Shown: positions 23,744-35,446, numbered from the whole stretch's first letter. The stretch: 63,379 bases of DNA, filler included, from Hyphochytrium catenoides (GCA_900088475.1; 9 parts of 9 records of this genome joined end to end with filler, not necessarily neighbours in it); one strand, 5' to 3'. Translations and numbers: made by a program. The notes: generated by a model from the sequence alone, not told the origin.

Positions 23744-23785
<42 letters not shown>

Positions 23786-23860
23786 NGCGCGGACAAAGAC
23801 TTTGACATTAGAGTTCTCGCTGCTGATCGTCGTGTAGTCATTCACCACCTTGTGGTCCAT
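21169..23860 (-). CDS. Kinesin motor-domain protein, 5' exons (3' part lost at scaffold end; gaps internal)
   Basis: NVKVFVR, FMFDKVF...QEDIF, GMNGCCFAYGQTGSGKTYS (P-loop), RGLLPRSIEYLF and VSFLELYLDQIRDL, joined by GT-AG introns. Confidence 0.9.
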
Positions 23861-23972
23861 CGCCAAGAGCTGGAGTAAGAGGAAGGGACGAGCGTTAGTA
23901 GGAGAGCCTGGCGGAGGGAGAAGAGGAGAGAGAGAGGGAGAAGGATGAGAGAGAGAGAGAGAGAGAAAGAAA

Positions 23973-24021
<49 letters not shown>

Positions 24022-26621
24022 AAGAGAGGGAGAGAGAGACAGAGAGAGAAAGAGGAGAAAGAGAGAGAGAAGCGGGAAAGAGAGGAGAGAGAGAGAGTGA
24101 GAGCTAGAAAAAGAGAGAGCTAGAAAGAGAGAGAGAGTCAGAAAGAGAAAGGAGAAATAGTGAGAGAGACAGAGAAAGGAAGCAGGAGAGAGAGGAGGAG
24201 GGAGCGAAAGAAGGAAAGAGAGAAAAAAGGAGGGGGAGAAAGAGAGAGAGAAAGAGAGAGAGAAAGGCCTTTCGTAGAACCTGTTCCTGTTTCTTCGCAG
24301 AGCTCTTCTTCCTTTTATCCTCTTCCCGCAGCTCCTGCTCTAGGGCCGCTGCTGGCGCCTCGTCTTTCTCTTATGACACTGTCCATGGGTCAGCTCTTTC
24401 CTTGTCTCCTGGGCATTCGAGAGAGAGAGCCTCTTGAGAGGGAGACTTCAGGGCGGACAAGAGCGGCGCTCTCACTCTCTTTCTCTCTGTATCCTTGCTC
24501 TCAGTGAGTGTCTTCCACTGTCTCTCCCGTCTTCAAGAAGCCGATGGCCTATCTTTCACTTCGTGCGGCGCCTGATCACAGCTCTAGAGACTCTGCCTCT
24601 TGTTTCCCAAGGAAATAGCCAAAGTTTGAAGGAAGTTGAGGCTTGTGAGAGTAAGAAAGCAGTGGCTGAATGTATCAGTGTCAGCGTCAGCGGGAGAAGA
24701 GGAGTAACTCCGGCGGGAGAAGGAGGCGTTGTGTCATTGGCATTTAATGCGGAGACGAGGAGAGTGAAAGAGAGAGAAAGGCGTGAAAGGAGGGAGAGGA
24801 GAGAGAGAGAGAGAGAGAGACAGGAGAGGGACAGAAGAGAGCGACAGGAGGGCAAGAGACAGGAGGGAGAAAGACAAGAGAGAGAGAGGGAGAGACAGCG
24901 GACGGAGAGCGAGAGCGAGAGCGAGAGCGAAAGAGAGAGAGAGAGAGAAAGAGAGANNNNNNNNNNNNNNNNNNNNNNNNNNNNNNNNNNNNNNNNNNNN
25001 NNNNNNNNNNNGAGAGAGAAAGAGAGAGAGAGAGAGGAGACAAGAGAATCGAGGAGGTTGTCTTTCATAAAATGCTTCTCATCTCTCTCTTCTTCCTTCC
25101 CCTTTCTCTCTTTACTCGAAACGACACGGAGCATGATAATCACTGTTCCGCTTGGATTGATTCTCAAGGTGATTTGAATTCCAAGCAATTTTATGTGAGG
25201 AGACATACAATTGGAATAAAGAATTTTGCCTTTAAGAAAGAAAGTGGAAAAGCCAGCTCTCTTCAGCAATTTTGTTCTCAGTAAATTCATTCCATTCCGA
25301 ACTACTAACATTTCTCTGTCATTTTATTATGATCAGGCAATTCTATGTGAATAAAAATACGATCCCATAAGAGATTTCTAGATTCAACGCGGAATCCCCA
25401 GTTACTTTTATTGGATATAATTAAATCTATTGAGCCCCCTCTTCACAACTTGTAATTGCCACACAAACACACTGTAGGAGTAACATACCAACAACTAAAA
25501 CGCCTTCGTCTATTCAGAATATTGGAGCAATTTAGCTCCAAATGACATCGACCAAACAGTTACGATTCTTGATGCGCCGACCTCAAACGTTTTCGTAGAC
25601 AAGACAGTGTGGAAAGAGTCCTGAGAAAAGCATCACGCCAGGCTCGCAAGAGAATACAGTAGGAAAGGGACAGCTCATTTTACAAAAAGAACCCTTACTC
25701 ACTTATTTAGAATGCAAATTACACTATTCTTGACCTCTTGCAAGAAGGAAGAAGGGAGAAGGGTTGTATTTTCACTTTCCCAATTTCTATCTCGCCTGGC
25801 TCTGTCTTGCGCGGTCTGGCAGAAGTCACTGTGTTATGCCTGCCCCAATATGTCTTCACGCAACTCGGTCTCAATCGCCATTTCTGATGGACTTTGCTCA
25901 CTTGGAATATCTCCTTCGGCTCGGATTCGGTCATAAAACAGCTTCTGCCCCTACCACGTTTGCTTTCTCGAGACTCGGGCTAGTTTCCGCTTACAGTATC
26001 TCTTTCACACGATTAGAATATCTCTACTTCCTAGAAGGGAGATAGGACAATACGTAACCTTGGCTCTGTCACGAGATGAGACGTCCACTGTCTTACCCGG
26101 TCTTCCTCACTCAGAACCTCCGTCTTTCATCCACATCACAATGATGGCGGTAAACAGATTTCGCTTCATAGAGTGGAAGACAGGCTTAGTGCAGATGCAG
26201 ATCTGATCTTCATTAAAGCTTCTCTTCAAGAGTCTCGCCGTCTACAGCCAAGGGATAGTACCCTAGGATCAGGTTGTCCCTTTCTTTGGGGTTGGGCGGT
26301 TATAAAGTGCCTGAGAAACAAGGACCGAGCTCCTGGACAAGCATCTTCTAACGTAGGAGTAGTGTGATACCTTCAGATCTCTATTCACTTCACTGAAGAG
26401 GCTGACATACTTCTACTGGCTTAGGGCCAGGTACAGCCTGGCCTTGTCAGCCCGTTTGCCTGCCCTTGTCCAGCTTAAAGGCCACACCTGCTTCGCTGTG
26501 CTATTGCAGCCTGAGGACCTGAACGGAACTAGTTAGGTGATTAGCCACCTTTGCAAGCAAGCCAATGACCTTCTAACGCCACCCAAGGTCGGTCCACTTG
26601 CCACGATCAAGATGCTGTGCT

Positions 26622-26721
26622 NNNNNNNNNNNNNNNNNNNNNNNNNNNNNNNNNNNNNNNNNNNNTTAATTAATTAANNNNNNNNNNNNNNNNNNNNNNN
26701 NNNNNNNNNNNNNNNNNNNNN
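26622..26721. other. Artificial scaffold-joining spacer
   Basis: 44 N + TTAATTAATTAA + 44 N. Confidence 0.97.
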
Positions 26722-29700
26722 AGGGGCTTCAGCACAAATGGACTTTTTCGTGTTGTCTGTGTGTCTGTCTGTGTGTTCGCTCCGCTTGAGTCGTTAGACG
26801 AAAAGCGTAGCGTTTGTGCCTCCCAAAGGGTAGGGGTTTTAACCCAAAAAATAACAAAAGCAAGAAGCAAAAGGACAAAAAATGCAAATGACGAAACAAA
26901 CAAACGCAATAATATAGACGGAGATTAGGGTGAACTGAATTAAATAGAACCATTGAAATCATGGGATTTTAAAGCATGATTGTTGAATAAAAAGGAGAGT
27001 AGGAGCAGATACCGACCATAAAAGCCTAAATCTCAAAACTCTTGTTTAGGTGCGATATTTTTCAACCCCCATAACGAAATGATGACATTATACCTAGGAA
27101 TAGGCCAACTTTTGTCGTTTCTCCTAAAATATCCAAATGGCGATTTATTTATATTGTGTGTCTGTGAGTGTGACTGTCAGTTCGTTCGTTAAGCACTGTT
27201 AAGTTCGTTCGCTCGGTAGTAGTAAAAAGGATATTCATGATACCGATAAGCCATAGCAATTACGAGCTATATGACCTTCAATATAATAGTACAGCAAGCA
27301 CCAAATTTCTGATTATGGATGTAAAACAGTTCCAGATACACGATGATGACCTGTGTTGACGTCCGTTATTACAGTACACAACCGTATTGCAAGGCTTAAT
27401 TTATTATGAAGAAGATACCTGCATCTGTTCGCTTCGCTTGAGTGTTAACGAATCTGACTGAGGCGTGTAGAAGAACCAAACAAATTGAACTTTTTCTCCC
27501 TGGGTCACCATGCCTTGCTTTTTGCTTGCATCATCTCCCCCCGATCGATGTTGACAGTAGGAGGCATGTTCAGAGCTTCTTCCTGCCTGTTTATTCTAGT
27601 GGTGTCATTCATTCACCTTTATAATTCAGTCACGATTTTTTAGAAAAAGATAGGAGTTAGGCTTACCCCGAAGAATGAAGACTCACCAATGAAGCGCAGT
27701 CTATTATTGGAAGAAAGTGACAACGTCAGGGAAGGATGCAGACACGAGGGAGAAGAAGAGAGAGCTGGCGGAGGTGGTGGGATTGCCAAAGAACGTCGCA
27801 AAGCAGATGAAGAAGAAGAGCGAGAGCCTAAGGATGATAAAGGGAAGGATAAACAACCAACTTCCTCCTCTGCCGCTGCAGAACGCATGAGGAGATACCG
27901 AGCTGCCCGGAGCGACGAATTGAAGGAAAGGGATCGAAGAGTAGCTACCGAGCGAATGAGAATCAAGAGGAATAGCCGCACGGATGATGAGAAGGAGAGA
28001 GATCGCAAATCTGCTGCAGAGAGGAGGAGATTGAAGAGAAACAGTCGCACGGATGACGAGAAGGAACGGGATCGCAAAACTGCTGCTGAGAAGAGGAGAT
28101 TGTTAAGAAACAGCCGCAGGGTGGAAGAGAAGGAGGTTCACTTCAGAGAATGATGCAGACACGAGGGAGAAGAAGAGAGAGTTGGCGGAGGTGGGGTTGC
28201 TAAAGAACATCTCAGTGCAGATGAAGAAGAGGAGCGAGAGCCTAAGGATGATAAAGGGAAGGATAAACAACCAACTTCCTCCTCTGCCGCTGCAGAACGN
28301 NNNNNNNNNNNNNNNNNNNNNNNNNNNNNNNNNNNNNNNNNNGAGGAGATTGATAAGAAACAGCCGCACGGATGACGAGAAGGAACGGGATCGCAAATCT
28401 GCTGCAGAGAAGAAGAGATTGTTAAGAAACAGCCGAACGGTGGAAGAGAAGGAGCGTGACCGCAAGATTGCTGCAGAGAAAATGAGGTTGATGAGGAACA
28501 GCCGCACGGCTGAAGAGAAGGAGCGTTACCGCAAAACGGCTGCAGAGAAAATGAGGTTGACGAGGAACAGCCGAACAAATAAAGAGAAGGAGAGTGGACG
28601 AAATGCTGCTGCTGAACAGAAAAGATTGTTGAATCCATTCCCAAAGAGGAGGGAAGTGCACAGAATGGCCCCGGTAAGCCAATGAAGACCATTCTCGCTA
28701 CCATTAACCACAAGTAGCTAACCCTATTTTCAACAGGTTACCACGTTCCAGCTTATGGATGAGTCTTCGAGTGAGAAGCTGCAGTGCGTGATCTGGAGCC
28801 AGGAGACTTTAAATCACTTTCAGGCCACCATTCTGTCAAATGAAGATGCCGATGAAGTTGAAGAGGATGGACATGAGGTGTTCTCGCTTACAGGTGTGTT
28901 ACCATCCTGGAACACATTTACAAACAAGATAACGCTCAAAACGACAAGCCTCACTTATGCATCGCGATAGTTGCAATAAATGCCACCAAGGCTTAATTAA
29001 TCTGAAGTAGATCAACTATCGGACAAGAACCCTACTTTATAGAAATATATTAACCGCAGTAAATGAATACGAAATTGAATTCGTATGTATGACAATAAAC
29101 AGCCCCTTTCCTTTACATCTCAGCTACAAAACGATAGAGAGAACAAAGGAATCGAGCGAAGCGGTTTGATGCCTTCCCAGCGGGAGGGCCTTGAGTTTGT
29201 GATCATAAATTTCACTATTTGGTTTTTCACTAATCACTGTTTGGGCTTTTTCTTTGGGTTGGCTCTTTGTGTACTTTGGTGATATGAAAGGGGTCAGAGA
29301 AAAAGCGAAAGGGCTTTTATGAACATAACTCGGATTTGTAACGCGAGACGTATCACCATAAACCGAGACACATCGCGTGCGTCCACGCGAAAGTTGTACC
29401 CTCATTTTACCTGAGACGCATCACCTACAATCCTGTATTTTTAGCTGTAGGAGCTGAAGGTGGAGGTGACATGTCACGCGACTCCTGTAGCATTCAAGAG
29501 TTGAGACTCACTCACTCACTCATCACTCACTCACTTACTCACTCACTCACTCACTTACTCACGCACTCACTCACTACGCTGCTGTAGGAAGCGTGGGTGA
29601 ACGAGTAGGGAGATCCTTTAGAGGAGAGTCTACCTAGGAAATACAGATAGAACTCCGAGTTCTCAGTTCTAGTTCTACATGTAGTAGAAGGAATGAAGAG

Positions 29701-29777
29701 CTCCTGATGTTACAAGTAAAGGAGTGATCCAAGCATCTTCTACTAATAATACAGCTGAAGGCTGTATTACGCGCTAG
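26722..29777 (+). mobile_element. Non-autonomous Helitron/Helentron-like element
   Basis: Lower-GC block with a GTCT/GTGT microsatellite (~26750), a 23-aa STPR-like repeat ORF, an (ACTC)n microsatellite (~29505-29575), and a perfect hairpin TAATACAGC-tgaag-GCTGTATTA (29747-29769) followed by CTAG|T. No Rep or helicase motifs seen. The 5' boundary is unknown. Confidence 0.55.
27689..28685 (+). pseudogene. STPR-like 23-aa repeat protein fragment, tandemly duplicated
   Basis: Unit RNSRTDDEKERDRKSAAERRRLK (23 aa) repeats in two blocks. A 417-bp duplication starts at 27735 and 28152, with TGA at 28151 where copy 1 has GGA. Confidence 0.65.
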
Positions 29778-29808
29778 TAACGTCGGGCGAGCCCTAGGCG
29801 AAGCCTAA

Positions 29809-30925
29809 GGGTCGTTCCCATCGAGACTTTTTTTGGTAGCATGAGCAGGGTAGCATGCTACCACTTTTAGCGGCTAACGACTCAAAAAAGTGGTATCATG
29901 AGTGCCTCGATGGGACCCACACTTTGGCAGAACTGGTAGCATGCTACCTTGGAAGGCGTCTCGACCGAACAAGATTTCGGAGTCCATCTCCCAAAAGTTT
30001 CATCAATCTCTGGCGGATTGTGTCCAGCTAATATTTTCCTTGACAGTGCTCCCCCAGGAAAGTCACGTAAAACGGTATCCTTCACATGCATTCTTTCTCC
30101 CTCCACCGCCCGCAGCAGCGGCGGCGAGGCCCTTTGTACACGCATCGTCGCACCAAAAAAGCGAGGAGGTAATAAATAACAGAGAGACTGAATTACTGTT
30201 CTGCACACAGCGGAGCAGCAAAAGGAGAAAGAGAGGCAGTAGTAGCCGATCTTCTTCGCCGCCACATACAATCGACAATCACCGCCGCGCTTGCTCACAT
30301 CATTATTATGGAGCCACCAAGAGCTGCTGGAACCAACAAGGGCAAGGTCGTCAATGGCACTACCACCGCCAGCTTTGGGTCAAAACAGAAGAAGAAGACA
30401 ACTCCAGCAGCCTTGGCAACATCTTCTTCAGAATCACTTGAGCAGCTGCTCCATCAAGAGCGAGAAAATAAGGAGAACCATCGTCGCATTAGTACAGCGA
30501 TCAACAGCAGCAATCCGAGGGGGAAGCAGCAAGCTTTTGATGAACATGACATAAGAGAGATGAAAAGCTCCCGCACTAACGGGGCATTTCTCGTCCTAAG
30601 CCGAGACATGGCCTCGTCTTGCTGAAGCCTGGTAGCCACCTTTTCTAGAAGTATATCAAAGGCTCTTGAAGATAGTCTCATGACTTTTGTGAGCTGGCCT
30701 TCGTTCACTAGCCTTTCCACCTCTGTTGCCCACGAAAGGCGAGGTCTGAACACCCCTTGGGAAGTCATCCCGGATAATGGCTGCTCCCAAAGCCTCAGTC
30801 GTTTTAGCCATCTAGCCTGCACCGCCTCCTCTTCCGGACTGAGATTCCATAGCTCTCATTAAATTATGCAGAGAATCAAAAACTCTTCTTCTTCCTCCTC
30901 CTCCTCTTCTTCTCGTCTTCGCTTC
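29809..30925 (-). mobile_element. Internally deleted PIF/Harbinger DNA transposon (one end visible)
   Basis: TAA at 29806-29808 then GGGTCGTTCCCA, fitting the Harbinger target site and terminus. Subterminal palindromes GGTAGCATGCTACC at 29849 and 29935. The minus-strand peptide LTKVMRLSSRAFDILLEKV (30580-30822) resembles a HARBI1-type transposase N-terminus. A convergent ORF starts at 30308. Confidence 0.65.
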
Positions 30926-31025
30926 NNNNNNNNNNNNNNNNNNNNNNNNNNNNNNNNNNNNNNNNNNNNTTAATTAATTAANNNNNNNNNNNNNNNNNNN
31001 NNNNNNNNNNNNNNNNNNNNNNNNN
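30926..31025. other. Artificial scaffold-joining spacer
   Basis: 44 N + TTAATTAATTAA + 44 N. Confidence 0.97.
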
Positions 31026-32104
31026 GGTTCCACATCCTTACATCCTTACAACAAACTCTCCTTTGTTGTTCAGTGGCCCTCCTCAGAGAGAGTGTGTCAT
31101 TGATTTGACCGCTGCTCTTCTCCCTTAGTATTATTTGCACCCCAACCCCCTCACCTTCCAGTCACTCTGGGATAGGGAGGGAGAGTACCGTCAGAAACCT
31201 TTCTCTGAAACCACCTTTTGGACTCCTGGAGTTCTACCTTAATGAGCTAATAAAGTTAAAAAAGTCGTGCTGAGATGATGGAAGAACCTAAGGCTTCTTA
31301 GCTTTTCTTCTCTTCTTCTGCCTCTTCTTCTTCTTCACCTTCTTCTTCTTCTAGAATTAGTCTGTTAGTAGTGATAGTAGTAGTTAACCATTCTCCATTA
31401 ACAACAAAGAAGAAAAAAGAATCTCTGAAACCAAAGAGCGCTTTCTAATCTTCAAAAAAACAGCCGTTGAGACTTTATTATGGTTTGCCTCACTGGCGGT
31501 GATCCCTCCTCTTCCTCTTGTGACACTACGGGACCTGCTGCTCCTCCGGGCTCGGCATCTGCCACTGCCTTTTCTTGCCTTTTTTCTTCTTCCTCACCCC
31601 GGTGACCCCTGCCGGTACCTCCTCCTCCTCGCAGCATCTCTCCCACCTGCTGGCAACGATGAGGTTTCTCTTCCTCTCTCTCTCGAATTATGGCGGAAGA
31701 GTCTCAGTCCCTCCTCCCAGGAATGCCACGCTGGCTCTTGCTTTCTCTTCTCACTCCTCTTGCGGCTGGGCGATTTAGTTGGTTTTGCATTAGGTGGACA
31801 ATGCCAGCAAATAATACCTTTCCCTACCACCCTTAAAATATATATGATCATCCGCTTTTCCTATCCAGAAGCAAAGGCTGACGTAGAACTCCTACCACCA
31901 GCAGTAGACAGGCCCTCGCTAAGAGAGACGTGTCCTGTTCTTTAGATGGGCGCAGAGAACTGACGCAGCCATCATATTGCTAAGCGCGAGGCTCCACAAG
32001 GGCTTTAGTGGCATCACTCGTTGTAGGTACCGGTAGAGAACTCTCTCTCTCTCNNNNNNNNNNNNNNNNNNNNNNNNNNNNNNNNNNNNNNNNNNNNNTC
32101 TCTT

Positions 32105-32138
<34 letters not shown>

Positions 32139-32859
32139 CCTTAAAACACACACTCGCCATTAAGGTCGACAGGGGCCAGCCCACCCGATGTGGCAGAACT
32201 CAATCCTGGCAGGAATGCTGTGTCCGTCCCCAAGCGAACCTCAGAACAGAGAAGAGGGTAATCCAAATCCACAGGAAACAGACGGTATCGTGGGAACAAA
32301 ACGGGAACGGCAGGAGAGAGAGGTGTCTCCAATCCACGCTTTCCTAGTTTTGGAACAAGGATGCTCAAGCTTTCAACAGCTCATATTTTCCCCGTCTCTT
32401 GCACCGCCTTGATCTTGGACTCACAGGTTATCTCGTCTCCTCGGCTTCTCTCTCTCTCTCTCTCTCCTCTTGGTCCCAGTATCTCCATCCCTTCCCTCTT
32501 GTCGCATGCCTATCTTTGTGAGCCTCCTGATGAGCTGCTTTCCTATCTTAGTGGGTCGAGTCGCAATGCTCTGCTGAACGAAAGGCCCTTCTCTTTCTCT
32601 CTCTGTCTCCCGTCTCTCTATCCATTTTCTCTCTGGCCCTCTTTTTTTCTCTTCCGCTCGACCTTGGCCCCGTCCACTCTCGTCGGTCATTGTAAGCAGA
32701 GAAAGTTCGGAGCAAGAGACAGGATGCTTGACGTCTAGTAGTAAAAGGGCCTGAGCGGATAGTGGTTGGAACCTTTGCCATCTCTAAAAAAATGTACCTT
32801 ACCGTCTCTTCTCCTCCCACTCTAGCTCCCTCTTTCGTCCTCTTTCTCTCTCTCTCTCT

Positions 32860-32959
32860 NNNNNNNNNNNNNNNNNNNNNNNNNNNNNNNNNNNNNNNNN
32901 NNNTTAATTAATTAANNNNNNNNNNNNNNNNNNNNNNNNNNNNNNNNNNNNNNNNNNNN
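32860..32959. other. Artificial scaffold-joining spacer
   Basis: 44 N + TTAATTAATTAA + 44 N. Confidence 0.97.
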
Positions 32960-33158
32960 TACTCGTCGTCTCGGTGATGGGGAATCTGACATTGGCTCCG
33001 ATGTTATGGATCGCCACCTCGATCGGACCAACACTCTCCTCCACCTCCGACACCAAGGCTACCACCTCCTCCTCTTTACGACAGTCCACGCCTAAGAGAG
33101 AGAGAGAAAGAGAGATAAGGGGGAGGGAGGGGGAGGAGAAAGGGAGCCAGGCAGACAC

Positions 33159-33193
<35 letters not shown>

Positions 33194-34175
33194 GAGAAAG
33201 GGAGAGAGGAGGAGGAGGTGCAGAGAGAGGACGAGAGAAAGGGAGGATACCAGACACTCAGACAGGATCCAGACACAGAGAGAGACAGACAGGAGTCAGA
33301 CACGGAGAGAGAGAGAGAAAGAGAAGAAGTTGGAGAGGAAGAGAGAGTTGAGGGAGAAAGTAAACCAAGCGAGAGAGAGAGAGAGGCGAGCTGACAAGGA
33401 TGTGTGCAGAACACCCATTGAGATAGACTCATAAAGAGCCGACAGCATATTGAGGACCAGGCGAGAGACAGAGAGACGAAGTGGGAGATTCAGGGGGCGA
33501 GAGAGAGAGAGAGAGAGAGAGTGAGAGAGCTAGGAGAAATAGAGAAGACGGACAGAAAGAGAATCCGGTGAGTCCTTGCCGGCCTAGATTCGTACCTCTG
33601 GGGTGGATGATCCCTCCCTCGCTCTGGATTTGATTTACAAGCGGCTCTGGTCCGTAGAGAGAGAGAGAGAGAAAAAGAGAGAAAGAGAAAAAGAGAGAGA
33701 GAAAGAGAGGAACGGCGGATAAGAGAGAAAGAGAGGAACGGCGGATGAGAGAGAGAGGTAGACAGAGAAGGAGGCAAGGATTCAAAGGGATCAGTTGTAA
33801 AGAGAGACAGAAAGAGAGAGAGAGGCACCGCGAAAGGGACACTTCCAGCGAAAATAAAGAAGGAAGAAGGATGAGGAGAGAAGAGATAGACCACGGGGAG
33901 AGTGAAGCTCACTGACGGAGTTTCTCTCCGTTTCTCCTGACGGCAACAATAGCAAAGTTCTCTCTTGCGAAGCGTCGGGCAATCGAGGCGCCATTGCCAT
34001 CTCCGGCGCCGACCACTAGCGCCACCGGACGCCGATGGGTAGACGAAGAAGAGACAGAAGAGAATGGTGCCGCGGGAAAAGAGAAGGAGGAAGAGAGAGA
34101 AGAGGAAAGAGAGGGACAGGCCCATCGGCCTGCAATCCGGGTACCAGGACGAAAGTAGAGCGATGCTGCCATCAT
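32960..34175 (-). CDS. Short-chain dehydrogenase/reductase (classical SDR), 5' exons, with putative organellar presequence
   Basis: Three exons: ALVVGAGDGNGASIARRFARENF...RRNGEKL|QPLVNQIQSEGG...RG|VDCRKEEEV...VGPIEVAIHNIGANVRFPITETTS. Truncated by the spacer. Confidence 0.88.
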
Positions 34176-34396
34176 TTTCTCTCTTTGAATGGTGATGTTT
34201 CTATTTATGTCGAAAAGTCCTTCTCTCTCTTCTTTCTGCTGCTTCGCTCCTCTCACTCTTTCTCTCTCTCTCTTTCTGTCTCGAGAGTCTTTCTTTTCCT
34301 ATCTCCGCCAGGGAGGATGGCACGTTACGATAGGAACTCTGCGAATGAAGGCAGAAAGAACCGCCGATGGAGAGACGGGATCGTTTTTGAAAGTCG

Positions 34397-34530
34397 GGAG
34401 GAGGAAGGACCAGAAGACGTGGAGGAGCTCGGCGGGGAAGTGGGAAGGATAAAGGGTGAAGAAGAAGGGGAGAGATCGTTAATAAAGATAACGGAAGCTG
34501 GAAGTAGAGGGAGAGAAAGAGAGAGAGAAG

Positions 34531-34571
<41 letters not shown>

Positions 34572-34577
34572 CGAGAA

Positions 34578-34626
<49 letters not shown>

Positions 34627-34713
34627 AAGAGAGAGACAGAGAGAGAGAGAGGGAGAGAGAGAGAGACANNNNNNNNNNNNNNNNNNNNNNNNNNNNNNNN
34701 NNNNNNNNNNNNN

Positions 34714-34749
<36 letters not shown>

Positions 34750-35446
34750 AGAAGCAATAAGAAGAGGAGGATGCAAGTTGAAGATCCACTGGACTTGTAA
34801 AATGACATCCTTTCCACTTGCCAAATCTTGCAAAATTGGAATTCAACTTTCACTCAATCTTTCTCTTCTTACGGTTAACCTGAGATGAAACATTCGAAAT
34901 CTTTGTAGTTGGAAACCTTGTGCAACATATTTGGTAAAATTGGTTGCATATTTGACTTTCACTGCCCTTTATTTGGCAGGAAGAGGGAGCGTTACCCGTT
35001 TTATTGTCAGAATGTCAGAAGCCCCTATGGCGCCTTCATTTCTCTCTTTTTTCTCTCTCTTCTCTCTCCCTCTTTGTCCCTCTCTCTCTCTGTCTCTCTC
35101 TCTGTCCTCCGTGTCTCTCTTTGTCTCTCTGTCTCTGTACCGCTCTGCTTTGTCTCTGTCCTCTCTCTCTCTTTGTCTCTCTCTCTGACTCTCTCTCTCT
35201 CTATGTTTGTCTCTCTTTCACTCTCTCTCTCTTTGTCTCTCTCTGTCGCTGTGTCTCTCTCCATCTGTCTATCTCTTTGTCTCTCTCTCTCTGTCTTTCT
35301 CTCTCTCTACTCGTACTCTGCCAACTCTCTCTTCATCATCATTTGTCTGTCCCACTTAGCCTCTTTATAAAGACCTTTTCCCTTTCTTCTTCTCACCCTT
35401 TCACTTCCTCGCGCAACTCCACCTCTTCTGGTCTCTCCTCCCCTTC
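34397..35446. repeat. Fold-back structure: diverged ~90-bp inverted arms plus complementary (AG)n/(CT)n tracts around an AT-rich spacer
   Basis: 34397-34490 (GACCAGAAGACGTGGAG...GGAAGTG...AAAGGGTGAAGAAGAA...ATAAAGA) aligns with the reverse complement of 35362-35446. Confidence 0.6.

Noticed and set aside
19738-25311. Many long ORFs rich in (SL)n, (ER)n or (RE)n
   Set aside because: These are translations of (CT)n/(AG)n microsatellites, which lack stop codons. They mostly lie in introns or intergenic DNA.
27880-28640. Regular 69-bp repeats as a CRISPR-like array
   Set aside because: There are no unique spacers, the variation is codon-structured, the context is eukaryotic and no cas genes are present.
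31450-32050. Protein-like minus-strand fragments (EFYVSLCFWIGKADDHIYFKGG...)
   Set aside because: Multiple stops and no recognisable motif; too weak to call.
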